Shown here in pieces: positions 23,801 to 34,805 of a stretch of 64,000 nucleotides of DNA. Within the stretch, counting starts at the first letter, position 1; every line of letters begins with the position of its first letter. Location: assembly GCA_905178155.1 (NCBI GenBank), contig CAJINV010000004.1, positions 2,184,391-2,248,390 of the forward strand, read 5' to 3'. Origin of the DNA: Amoebophrya sp. A120. Its lineage: Eukaryota > Protista > Dinoflagellata. The notes beneath the pieces are model-generated. The model did no database searches. It saw only the letters and a program-made list of their open reading frames with translations, and was not told where the DNA came from. A program made the translations under genes and the position numbers.

Positions 23801-23870
23801 CCTCGTACAACTCTTCGAAGTGTACGACCGGGCCTTGACTACCGCGGAGGCCATCGCGCTGGTCCGGTAA
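14863..23870 (+). CDS. BNR/Asp-box sialidase-family (GH33-like) beta-propeller protein with C-terminal LamG-like domain; 22 TIR introns
   Basis: Manually spliced with the element+5-nt rule. Asp-boxes RSEDGGKTW, WSDNFGETF, STDYGTTW; motifs RIYLFY, RNPRGA, IKWSQPE, LPDLRAGGGF, FDGGPKV, YDRALTTAEA. Frame continuous from ATG 14863 to TAA 23868-23870. Confidence 0.85.
14916..15176. mobile_element. TIR introner (TATGA..GTGCACA family)
   Basis: TIRs; TSD CTGGA/CGGGA; frame restored. Confidence 0.8.
15240..16234. mobile_element. ~1-kb TIR intron containing a satellite
   Basis: TAGGCAAGCGAAACGCTGCGTC pairs imperfectly with GACGCAGCGCTTTCCCTGCATA; removal +5 nt gives GYYDS|QNII. Confidence 0.65.
15310..16070. 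repeat. Minisatellite grading from 13-mer (CTTAAGCGAAACG) to 16-mer (CTACTTAGGCGAGGCA)
   Basis: Directly visible tandem units. Confidence 0.95.
16406..16669. mobile_element. TIR introner family A
   Basis: TATCAAGTGCAAAAATGTCTGGG...CCCAGACATATTTGCAATTGATA; TSD GAAGC. Confidence 0.9.
16731..17003. mobile_element. TIR introner family B
   Basis: TSD GGAAC; gives LLVGN|RIYLFY. Confidence 0.9.
18150..18392. mobile_element. TIR introner family A-like
   Basis: TSD CTGCA. Confidence 0.9.
18909..19058. mobile_element. Short TIR introner family C (AAAAGTATCGTACT)
   Basis: TSD GAGCC; 150 bp. Confidence 0.9.
20621..20836. mobile_element. TIR introner (GTGCACAACTCCCC family)
   Basis: Long near-perfect TIR; TSD CAAGC. 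Confidence 0.9.
20905..21183. mobile_element. TIR introner family B
   Basis: TSD GATGA/GATGG. Confidence 0.9.
21675..21935. mobile_element. TIR introner family A
   Basis: TSD TGAGG. Confidence 0.9.
22061..22377. mobile_element. TIR introner family D (GAAAATTCCCCC.CCCCATA)
   Basis: TSD CATGA. Confidence 0.9.
22453..22615. mobile_element. Short TIR introner family F (GAAAAAACTG..TCACTGT)
   Basis: TSD GAAGA. Confidence 0.85.
23104..23274. mobile_element. Short TIR introner (AAAAAGCTGGC family)
   Basis: TSD ACCTG/AGCTG. Confidence 0.85.
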
Positions 23871-24541
23871 CGGCCTGCTGGTGGTGGTGGTCAGGAGATG
23901 AATTCGTCTACGTGCTGACTTTTTGCTAATTCTGAATGGCATTTTTCATACTCGCGCCCCGGAAGACAACTTCTGCTGAATTTTCATCGAGGGATAGATT
24001 GCTATAAAAGAGCCGCGTAGGTGATCACAAAAGTAAAGTTGCTAAACCCGTCAGGAGACAGGCACCACGGGCGCTGTGGTAAAATGAATTTTTTGAAAGA
24101 CCCACGAAATTTGAAAGGCGCTACTAGGATTATTTCCTAGGCTGGAGATGAGACGAGAGCAAAACCGTGCGCAGGCGGTTCTTTCTCGAACTGATGCACT
24201 GGCGCGTTTCTTGATCATTTTAAGTGCTTAAAAAACAACTCGCCGTACTTGATCCTCCTCATCGCGCCCCAACTGCAACTGGTGGTTATCCGTTTCGATC
24301 TTGCCTTTAACGACGGAAGTTTGGTGAGCAGGGCAGCAACCACTACGTGGCTACATACATGCGGGGATGTAAGTTGAACCAGATGATCTCATTCGAGCAG
24401 GGTCTAATGCTTTATTATGAAGATCCTAACCTGATGTGAATACAACTACCACGACATGTTTTTATCGTTGTATAATTATTTTCGCCCAGCGTGAAAGAAC
24501 GATAACAAACAAAAGGATCTTTGAAACCGAAAGGCATCAAA

Positions 24542-27500
24542 ATGGCGTTCTTTCACTCGAAACATCACGCAGTCCCCAGCAACGCCGAGGATGCCGGCAG
24601 TTCCCTGGAAGATCCGTATTGCGACAGCAGGCCGATTGTGGTGCTGGACATGGGCGCGCACATGAGCCGCATCGGGTACGCCGGCAGCGCAGATCCGCTG
24701 TTCGTGCTGCCGACGGTAGTTTCCAACCACATCCACGCCCAGAAGTTCGCGTCGACCAGCTCCCGGTCGTACCACGACCTAAAATATGAATTGCAAATAT
24801 GTCTGGGTCTGGAAACTTGTGATGGTGGTTGGCCAAAGAGGAGCACGCCTCAATTGGCTGCCAAGCATGACAGGTTTCGGAGATGCTGCGGCTTTGTCTA
24901 TTCTGCATGACAAACTGGGCTTCTGCATGACAGAAAAGTGGCGCTTTTGGGTGATCTGCATGACAAACTTGAGAATCATGCTAGCAGAGCATGACAAACC
25001 TTGCATCTTTGCAGACCCAGACATTTTTGCATTTCATATAAAATACGACATCGGCCAGAACGCGTACGAAGCCCGGTTCTCTCCGTATGACCTCCTCAAA
25101 CGTTACAATTTCAAACGTTACAATAGAATCTGGAATTTGTGTTGCATGATGAGCATGACAGATTCGCACAGCGTTCCACCTTTTGCAATACAAACTTCGC
25201 CAGATTCTAGTGCGGGTTGGAGTTCCAGAACTTGTCATGCGCAATCCTGTGGGAATAGGGTAGATCATGCACTTCTTGCATGACAGATTTCCATATTCTA
25301 TTGTAACGTTTGAAATTGTAACAGCTGAGCAGGTTATACTCCGCAGTACTTTTGCACCCACCCGGTGGGCAGCACTGGCGTGACGGACTGGGACTGTGTG
25401 GAGCAGTTCTGGCACCAGACACTGTTCAAGTACCTGCGCTGCACGCCTGAGACGACGGAGATTCTCTTTTGCGAGCCGCCGTTCTTCGGAAAATCCTTTA
25501 AGCAAAACGCAACGGAGGTGTTCATGGAGGTGTTCAACTGTGCCGCAATCACCTTCATTCCGGCGCCCATACTCGCGTCCCACGCGGCCCAGCTGTGCGA
25601 ACTGAACAGTGCTGGGAGCAGCAGCGGCAGTAGTTGTGCCGGGGGTAGAAATAAAAATTTCACGGCGGTGGAGCAGAACTCACTCCCCCTTGCAGCCGCA
25701 AATAATAGCGTTGACCACCACGACGAAAATTCGTCTGCTGTGGTTGGGTTTAGCGGAGCAGGGTCGTTTTCATCTTCTTCGTCGTCTTCCCAAAAACTAC
25801 TTTCTGGCGGAGGGAGAAGCACGGCCAGTCTGGTGGTCGACGTGGGGTACAAGTGCACGCGGGTTATCCCGGTGCTGGAAAACCGGCCCCTGCACACCAC
25901 CTCCGAATATGGCTTGCAAATATGTCTGGGTCATCTGGAAGAATACAAACTTGTGATGCGCATTTCAGAACACACAAAAAGCTCTCATGCATAGGTAGCA
26001 AAGGCTGCCCACTTTCTGCGCCCAAAATCGGCGATTTGTCATGCGGATTCGGCACTGCGGAAGCTTCTCGAAGCCTGTATGTTAGAGCTTCCATACCAGA
26101 CCTTGCGTGTCATGCAAAAGCAGGCAGCATGACTCTTCCAGACCCAGGCACTTTTGCATTTGGTACCGAAGTGCTGCCCTACGGCGGCCACCACGTCACG
26201 GAGCAGATCTACGAAGCGCTGCTGGAGCGGAGGGAGTATCCTGTGCAAAAGCATCGTACTCATATTGGGGTTATGCATTACAAATCCTTTTCTTGAGGTA
26301 GATCAGCATTACAAATTTTATTTCCCATGCTGGGGAAATTTGTAATGCATTTATACGAGTACGACTACGATACTTTTGCACTGCATAGGGAGCAGCACGT
26401 GCCGCCGAATGTCCGCCTGGACGCGGCGGAGAAAATCAAGTTGAGCAATTGCTACGTGGCCAAAGACCCACTGGAGGAGATGAACAAGTACTTCGCCGAG
26501 CCGGGTTCCCTTCCCTACGGAGGAGCAAACGCCTACGAGGAGGACCAAAGTAGAGGCCCGAAAATAACAAGTTCCTCTTCCCGGCAAGCGGCCCACCAGC
26601 ACAACCAGCGCAAGATCAAGACCGTCCGAGGGAATGCGCAGGGCATCACGCGGAGCGGGGGCGCGAGCAAGAGCGGCGGGTCCGCAGCCGCGCACTCGAG
26701 CAATAACCCGGAATGGGCGTGCGATGTGGGGTATGGGTCTGTGAAATGTTACGTGACGCCATGACATGGATGGCTCTTTTCCGGTTGAAGGAATTCCAGC
26801 GCCCTTTTGTAACTGACCCTCAGTAAGCATCTTGCTAACCAAGGGCTTGTTGATGACCGATGCACACAAGCTTGCAGGTGTACAGTATTCTTTTCATGCA
26901 TCTGTCTACAGGACGTAGGTGATCTTCATTGTGGCAGTGTGCTTATCTCAGACCACTTTCATACCTCTCCCGAGCGGTTCCTCAGCACCGAGCTCTTCTT
27001 CTCTCCGGACATCTGCCTGAAGAACAAGCAGCAAACCCGGCGCACGCTGCCCGAATGCATCGTAGACGTCGTGAAGAACTGTCCAATCGACTACCGACGA
27101 CAGCTGTACGGCAACATCGTGTATGGACGGGAAATGTGAAGATCTGGGTCCGGAAGCTTGTGATGCTAGATGAGTGTGGCACTTTGTTTTTCAAACTGCA
27201 GCCAAGCATGACAAGTTTTCTCACGTTGTCTCAATACGCTTATCACGACGCACGAAAAGCTGCGTTTTGGGAATGTCAACAAAAGTGGCCCTTTCGCTGG
27301 CTACGCGGAAGTATAATGCAAGACACGCAACACAAGCTGCACTGTTCCAGACCAAGGCAAATTTGCGATGCATATCATCCTTTGCGGCGGGACTTCGGTG
27401 ATCAAGCATTTTCCGGACCGGCTGGCCCGCGACGTCTCTGACTTGGCGAACAGACACAGTCACGCGGCGGCGACACAGATCAAAGCGAGTTGTGCGCACT

Positions 27501-28204
27501 TCAACCAGAAGGACAACCTACGAAAACACGCTATCCTGTGTAAAAACGTCCCCACCCCAGAGTTGTCACGCAAATCTGCACGCCGAAAAGGAAAATGTTT
27601 CTCATGCGCAGCTCCATGAGAAGCATTTTCCCATGCTCTCTGGGACTTTGTCATGATCAGACCAGGATTAGGAGCTAGATTTGTGATGTGGCTTCCCTAG
27701 CCACAGACCACTACACTACTGACCCAAACTTGTCATGCGCAACAGCCAAAACTTCTGGATCTGTGTTGCAAAATTCCCATCTTGACTCTGGGGTGGGGAC
27801 GTTTTTCCTCAAGATACACGCCGTGTGGTTTGGCGGGTCCATGTTTGCCTCGAAACCGGCGACGCTATCAAATGTAAAAATCTCTGGGTCTGGAAGATTC
27901 TGAGACTTGTCATGCATGTGTTGCATTGGCCATGATGTCTATGATGCATGCCCTAGCATCACAGATTTTCTGAGGGCTTCGCGATGCCTATTCCGCATGA
28001 CAAATGCCCTCTCCGCGTAGCAGAGATTGCGTTCCCTTTGCTGCTCATGCAATACAGATCTTTTATTTTGGAATCCAAACTCAGCATCACAAGTTGCATT
28101 CTTCCAGACCCAGACATTTTTGCATTTGATAGACGCGCGGGTTTTACGAAAGCGCGAAGTTGACGCGGGACGTGTATGCGGACCGGGGGAACGGAGTTGT
28201 TTAG
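24542..28204 (+). CDS. ARP3: Actin-related protein, Arp3-like; 8 TIR introns
   Basis: Spliced translation: IVVLDMGAHMSRIGYAG, FKYLRCTPE, EPP, VVDVGYKCTRVIPV, DVG|PERFLSTELFF, CPIDYRRQLYGNIV|LCGG, HAVWFGGSMFAS. Introns 24785-25038, 25086-25338, 25908-26165, 26237-26387, 26732-26963, 27122-27374, 27532-27816, 27866-28131. Confidence 0.85.
25086..25338. mobile_element. TIR introner family E (CTCAAACGTTACAAT tandem in TIR)
   Basis: TSD CTCCG; sister copy at 46732-46984 (TSD ACTTC). Confidence 0.9.
27866..28131. mobile_element. TIR introner family A, opposite orientation to copies at 13416, 43933 and 60138
   Basis: TSD GACGC; its interior is the reverse complement of those copies. Confidence 0.9.
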
Positions 28205-28741
28205 TTCCTGGCACTAGTGCCGCTGCCCGGAGTCGACCGTACATAGACTGCAATGAGTCGTGAATAGCTCGTTGGCAAGCAAGATGATAAAAGTATCATT
28301 TCGATTTGGAGGAAGGTGATTCAGTCCTTTATTTGTCGTTGATGATGCACGGTGATGATGTAAGTACAAGTAGCGCCGTCAGTACAAAGATGTACAGTTG
28401 AATTTTGCCGGTGGATAGAAATTGAGCACGCGTTTCCGCCCAAATAGCAAGGGTGGCAGACAACGCTGAAAGCATCTAATTAATTTGGCCGCTCAGTCAG
28501 CTTTAAACCTTCGGTTGAATCTGTATTCTTTTCGTCTTGCTGACTGAAGACTGAACTGGTTGTTAACGGATTCAATGGAATACAAGTGTAGCATCAAATA
28601 CAAGAGTAGCACAGCGCAGTCTTACGATCGCTCCGACTTCGTGTACTTATTTGTCCGTGACCTATCGCATCTTTTTCTACCCCCTTAGGGATTGAAGCTG
28701 AGTGGTGAAGTAGGTACAGCCCACGAAAGTGGGAGTAAAGG

Positions 28742-29647
28742 ATGCGGTTTTGTTTTCCGAAACTCGTCGCAGCCGGCCTCGTGGTCGTGCGGTCTGACTC
28801 TGCGTCCATGCCGGACGCTGCGGCCGCGGAATTTGAAATAACGGGAAAGTCGGGGGGGGGGGGAGAGCCCCAAGAAAGCTGCCGCAGCTGGGATTCCGCT
28901 GTCTTTCCTGGAGACCGCAAAGAAGAAGAAGGATGGCGCTGACGCTTTGGTACTGTAGTTATTTATTTTTGATTAGTTGGAACATGGTAGAGATGATAGA
29001 AGCTTCCTAGTAGTTCGCGTGATGTAGCGAAGCGTTGCTCTAGTTGCAATCGTGACGTATCCAATACAAAGGGTGAACAACGTATGATGGTCTACACACA
29101 GGGGTCTGCGATTTGCCGTGCGAAGCACGCAGTCAGCGTCCAAGTAGTGAAAAAGATTGTGAACGACACCTCGCTGGCCGGTGTTGAGCATCTCTTCGCC
29201 ATGCGATACGAAATCGACACCGAGCTGTTTTTCCGCTTCGGTGCGGACAGCAATGGCGACGGGAAAGTCACCTGCGCCGAACGGAAAGCGTCTTGCTCCC
29301 GCTGGCGCCCCGCGTTACCAAGCAACAAGACCGCGCAGTACGTGGGCGAGGGCTCGCTTCTCCAGAAATCAGAGTCAGACGATGAAAGCGGGAAATCAAC
29401 AGACGAGGAAAGCGAGAAGGCGGCGGGGCGGCGGTGGTTCTCTTGGGGCGAGGACGAATCCTGGGGGAACTCCGTCTGGAGATACTTGTGTTGCAGGGAA
29501 GCCTGCAGCAATGGTGACTCGGGAACCGAGCAGGTGATCGAATCGGGGGACGGCACCACGTTGAGCGACATCGGATCGGTGTCGGAGATCCAGGGGGGCT
29601 GCGAAGGCTGTGGGGCCTGCTGTGGTTCCTTCTGCGATTGCGATTAA
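28742..29647 (+). CDS. Hypothetical secreted EF-hand protein with Cys-rich tail; apparent 1-nt frameshift in G12 run
   Basis: Hydrophobic N-terminus; GT-AG intron 28950-29101; EF-hand loop DSNGDGKVTCAE. Exon 1 joins exon 2 in frame only if the G run at 28852-28863 is one base shorter. Confidence 0.5.
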
Positions 29648-30643
29648 ATAAGTATTCAAAGCGCACCCGTGGGCGTTGCGCAATGTACGATGGATGCGTC
29701 GCCTGCTGCTGCCCTTCTTTGATTTCATTGGGTGTAAAGTTGATTCCTCGTTTTTTTTTTCCGCGCACGGCGCCAGGCTTGATTGGTTATTTCGTGTGTT
29801 AGTGCTTAACTATGAATGATGAGTGTCTCCAGGTACGCAATTATAGCATTTTTGATAACTCCTGCGCGATACAGCGAAAGTGTTTTTTCTGAGCTCCTTA
29901 CTTGGGGACGAAGCAATGCGAAGCAGGCGCACCCAAATAATCGACACGAGGGGCAATTGGCAGTGGTGGCAGAAGTTTTTACAAGAATTTAGCCTCCTTG
30001 AAGTGGTGGCAGGAGGCACAAGCCTCCTTGTGGACAATGCGTTTATTTAGTGGTGTTCGATGCAACCTAGAATCAGCTTTAGAGTGCAACACTGAAGAAC
30101 CAGGTGTAGCAATGAGATCCCCTGAGATTCGTCGACCGTTCTGCTGCCGTGCGATCTTGTTTTCTGTTCCTGAAGGAAAAGCGAAGAGATCCTGAGAAAT
30201 GAAAGTGCCTCAGGTGTTTGAGAAACGACATTAAAGGAGCGCTATCTGAATAGCCGATCCGCGCAAATTCCTTCCACGATCTCAGGCAGTTTTGATCAAC
30301 ATTCACCGCGCCTTCTGTAGATCTGCACGGCTGACAAAGAAGGAAGAATTCGGATCCAATTTTTTGGATCACTTCTAAATGTTGTCATCAAAGTTGAAGA
30401 TCTTTACAGACCGCGGGAAAAAGCGGGAAGATCGAGTTGATCGTGGACAAAGAACTGAAACTGTGAAAATCGAAATGATATCCTCTCGCGTGGTGAAATA
30501 CAACCACTACTACCTCCCCTACCTCATTGCTCTTGCTCCGACCCTTCTAAACTTTACTGCAACACCACCCCAGGGACCAGTAAAATCACCAGAATTTAGG
30601 ATCACTACACCATCCTAAAAGGACACCCATCGATTCAAAAAAG

Positions 30644-31960
30644 ATGGCCACCGTGAAGAACGTCTCCAAGAAGCGAAAGTTCGTCAACGACGGAGTTTTC
30701 TACTCCGAGTTGAACGAATTCTTGACCCGCGTGTTGGGCGAGGATGGCTACGCTGGTATTGCTGCTGTTTTCACGCATGACAAACTGCATTATAGGATTT
30801 AGGAAATTTTTGATTTTCAGAAAAAGTATGAGGCTTGTGTGCTTTTTGTCTAATTTGAAAACCGTAACAAAACAGGTGTCGAGATCCGTGTGACCCCGAT
30901 CCGCACGGAGATCATCGTCCGCGCCACGCGCACCCGCGAGGTCCTCGGTGAGAAGGGCCGCCGCATCCGCGAGCTGACCTCCCTGGTGCAGAAGCGTTTC
31001 AACTTCCGTGAGAACAGCGTCGAGCTGTTCGCGGAACAGGTCAAGAACCGTGGCTGCTGCGCCATGGCCCAGGCCGAGTCTCTCCGCTACAAGCTGCTCG
31101 GTATTGATATTATTTTCAGCACATTCCTGTTTGTCTTGAATGAGAATCCGTATCCGATGAAGATCAAGTGATTTGATGCTGTTTGGAAACTACATGGTGG
31201 AGAGGAAGTGACTGAAACATTCTGCTCTGAAAGTACGAAATGGATATTCTTTCTGAATGTAGAAAACCCAGTCTTCGATGCGGCAAGAAGACGCAAAAAC
31301 AAAAATCTATCGACACATTTTCAAATCACACTACAGGTGGTCTCCCGGTCCGCCGCGCGTGCTACGGTGTGCTGAACTTTGTGATGCGCAATGGCGCCAC
31401 CGGGTGCGAGGTCATCGTGTCCGGAAAGTTGCGTGCCCAGCGCGCCAAGGTCATGAAGTTCCGTGACGGCTACCTGATCTCCACCGGTGACCCGAAGAAC
31501 CACTACATCCAAGAGAGTGTGCGCCACGTGCTGATGCGTCAGGGTGTCTTGGGCGTCAAGGTATATATAACATATGGCTTGTTTGATAGTGGGTGTTAAT
31601 ACTGTTGCATCAGAAATTTCCTTGTGTTTGGTTTGATTGAAATGTTCGTGTTGACATGTACACTTGCGCACGAAGAACAACCTTGACACTTCTCTACCGC
31701 CTTCTTCTGATGCACATTATCCAAACCAACCTCAGGTCCGCATCATGCTTGGGTACGATCCGGAGGGTGAGCGTGGTACGTCCCACCTCATGCCGGATAA
31801 GATCATCATCCACGAGCCGAAGGAGGCCCCGCTGCCGCAGACGAACTTCATCCAGGACGCCCCGATCGAGGAGCCGGTCGTCGAGGAGCCGGCGGCGGCC
31901 CCGGTCGCCCAGGAGTACCAGAGCTACAACAACGCCGGTGCCCAGGACGAGAACTGGTAA
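30644..31960 (+). CDS. RPS3: 40S ribosomal protein S3 (uS3)
   Basis: [50 protein letters not shown]. Exons 30644-30755, 30876-31100, 31337-31560, 31736-31960; all three introns GT-AG. Confidence 0.97.
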
Positions 31961-32671
31961 ATTTACGAGGGAAATGGAAGGCACAGACGGGTTTTATCGT
32001 CTTCTCCCAGCGGGCTTGGGCGGCGCTTTCGACGGTGTGTGGACGGGTTGGAGACGTGGATCTGAGAGGTTGAGATGAATTTCCATCTCATTATCATCTC
32101 TAGTTCTACTCAAGGTTGTAATCTGAAAGCGACTTGTCGTTGTGGTTGATGATAAATCTCCTGTCAGACGTGCCTTTTTTTGAGTCGATGATGTCCTTGT
32201 AGTGATCCGTGATTCGAAGGAAACAAAAGCCCTTGTGCCGCACCTTTTACAGGGGTTGCGTGCAAGGTCAGTTGCTGTGGGCTTGTTTGCTCTCGCTGGC
32301 GCTACGCCGGTAAGTGTTGAACAAACTGTGTGGCTGTTTGGAGATAACGTTAACCTGAAAAGGGAGAGACACGTCGTGAGAGAGATGAAATTAGCGAGAG
32401 TCGTATATGAGAGCATCAAATAAAAACGGACGAGCGCGTCTTCAAATTTGCGTCATACTTATTAGCGACAGCCTCGCCCTGTAATCTTCGTCGACGAGAG
32501 AGAACACGCGTTTTGAAAAAAAGATTCGGAAAGCCCCCGCGTGCTTCAATTTGTGTACACAGAGAAGGTTAGGCATCTCGCCGGTGTAGTAGTTTATGAA
32601 AAGACAAAACTGTCGTGGCACCTTCCGTGGAGTAAAATCAATTGTTTTCCAGTTTTAGAATTCTCAACACA

Positions 32672-32836
32672 ATGGATTACGACGGCAAAACCCAGTTCAT
32701 CCAATCGGAACTCGCGACGGCGATGGCATCGAGGAGGAAATTTCTCCAGCATCTTTTCGCGTCCGTGGTAGTCGTCGGTGCCGCTGCTTGGATCGGCGGC
32801 TTGGAGTACGCGGTGAGAACGTTGCTGGCGGTGTGA
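32672..32836 (+). CDS. Possible small single-pass membrane protein (54 aa)
   Basis: GC-rich coding-like ORF with one hydrophobic helix; no homology recognised. Confidence 0.25.
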   Translation: MDYDGKTQFIQSELATAMASRRKFLQHLFASVVVVGAAAWIGGLEYAVRTLLAV

Positions 32837-33005
32837 CAAAGCCAACAGTAAACTTTTGGTTGTTTGTTCTGCAAACGGCGTACCAAACCGCTGATCTGCT
32901 GCGCCGAGATTCTCGCCGTGCAAAGGTTAATATTGATAATTTTCCCCAGAAGAGACGACGACAGCCTACGTGTCACACGACCTCCTTGGGAACAAGCCAT
33001 TCACC

Positions 33006-34805
33006 ATGTCGGCGTTCGATCTTGGGCACGTTGGAAATAAGAATACGGAGAAATTCGCGACCGCGAGCAAGAAGCCTGGCGGGGGTAAACCCGTGGAACT
33101 GTCCCAGCAAAAAGTCAATCTGATCCTGGAATATTTCCGCAAGAACCGGCGTCCGCTGAATGTCGTGGCGCTCGTGGAGAATCTGAACGGGGCGCTGACG
33201 AAAAAGGAGGTGGAGGCACTGTTGCTGCACGAACAGGTCGCACCGTTCCTCGTCCGGCGGGAGATCGGGGCCCGGAGCAGTGCGTACCTGTACCGGGAAG
33301 CAGACTTGCCGGTGGAGGAAGGGGTGAAGGCGGAATTTTGCAGAAAAAACGGTGGTGTTGATCACGTTTCTCCTGCTGGCGCGGTGGAAAACTTTTCCCT
33401 TCTCCTGGCGAAGAAGTCCGCCGAGGTGAAGCAGCGGGTCAGCCGGCTGAAAGCAGAAATCAAGGCGGAAAAGTAGTGCAATGAAAACTGTAAAGTGCGG
33501 CTCCACCAGATCTTTCAACTGTTTGTATTCTCTCGACGTTCAGCACACGGAGCCCTTTTGTAGTGCATGAAGGTGGGAGCAATCTGGTGCGTTTCGTTTC
33601 AGAAAAATAGTGACCCAGTTGCCCCTCTTTAGTTTAACATATCAGACGTCAAGTATACTGTGGTGCTGTGTGCAGCATAGACACTTTCCCTAGAAATTCG
33701 GCATGCAGCTACATGCAATCTTTCCAACAAACACCTGCACAATCTGGTTGTCGGGGCGCTTTTCAAGATGATAAAAAGGACAAACAGGCTAAGGAGAAGG
33801 AAGCTGCGAAGCTGAAGACCCAGTACGGAGCAGCGGTGAGGGAACGGGAGGAGCTGGTATACCTACTTAGGAGTGGTTTTCTTCTCAAGTTTCGATCTGA
33901 TTCGCATTCGCCTCAACTGCGTTTGTCGTGTTGCGGATACCAGAGAGGACTGTCTTGACTGCGCCTGTGCCTACACAACTCACGACCTCCACGAAACTCA
34001 GATCACTAGATATTTCGGATCATTTATTACGCAGTTTTGTTCGGGTCATCTCTACCAGCAGGTCCGGGTAATTTTGTGATGCAAAATAATGTCAAATAAA
34101 ACACAAAAGACCGCGACGAAGAGTACGTTGGAGGCGCGGGCCCAGCTGCGCCAAGAGATGAACTACGATCCGGCGCCGTTTTGTATGAATTGCAAAAGTA
34201 TCGAACTCGTATACTAAGTGCCAGACTTGCATGAAAAAACTGCTTCCTTGGGCAATTCAGCATGGCAAATTCCAATTGGCATCTTGAGAAAAGTTGTGAT
34301 GCGACTCCTACTAGTGCGATGCTTTTGCAATGCATATTCTGGAAGCTGGTCCAAAAGTGGGTGCAGCGAAAAAAAACCTGCTTCTCCTTGGTGGACGCGG
34401 CGGTTGGGGAGAACGGGAACTATCCTGTGTAAAAACGTCCCCAGCCCATACTTGTCATGCAGTTTTGCATCTACAGAAACGTCTGTCATGCACAGCCGCA
34501 CGAGAGGACTTCGTGGTAGTGTTTTGGAATTGGTAATGCTGTAAACAGGATAAGCAGATGGATTTGTAATGCGCCTGTCCGTGCTCACCTCCACGACGCT
34601 ACAGATGGAAACTTGTCAACCTGCATATCTCCCTAAGCTGGGAGATTTTTGTATGCGGATTTGCCGGTGGGGCGAAGACGTTTTTCCCGAGAATAGGAAC
34701 CGGGTGGAGTTTATGGAATCAATTGGGTGTGACATGGACAAGGAGGGTCTAAAGCCGGACGACTACCAGTGGTTTGTTTCCACCTGCGGCGTACCGAGGG
34801 ACTGA
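33006..34805 (+). CDS. HOP2: HOP2/TBPIP-like meiotic recombination protein
   Basis: Winged-helix-like ILEYFRKNRRPLNVVALVENLNG, coiled coil, and spliced C-terminus KWVQRKKTCFSLVDA...EFMESIGCDMD. TIR introns 33474-33773, 34184-34336, 34421-34695, plus one degenerate intron whose ends I could not fix. Confidence 0.6.

Noticed and set aside
14863-28204. Calling the interrupted genes MITE-disrupted pseudogenes
   Set aside because: Exons show no stops or frameshifts across 22 and 8 insertions of different ages, which implies purifying selection.
31101-31336. Box C/D snoRNA in RPS3 intron 2
   Set aside because: Only an imperfect box C (CGATGA) and generic CTGA; no terminal stem or guide recognised.
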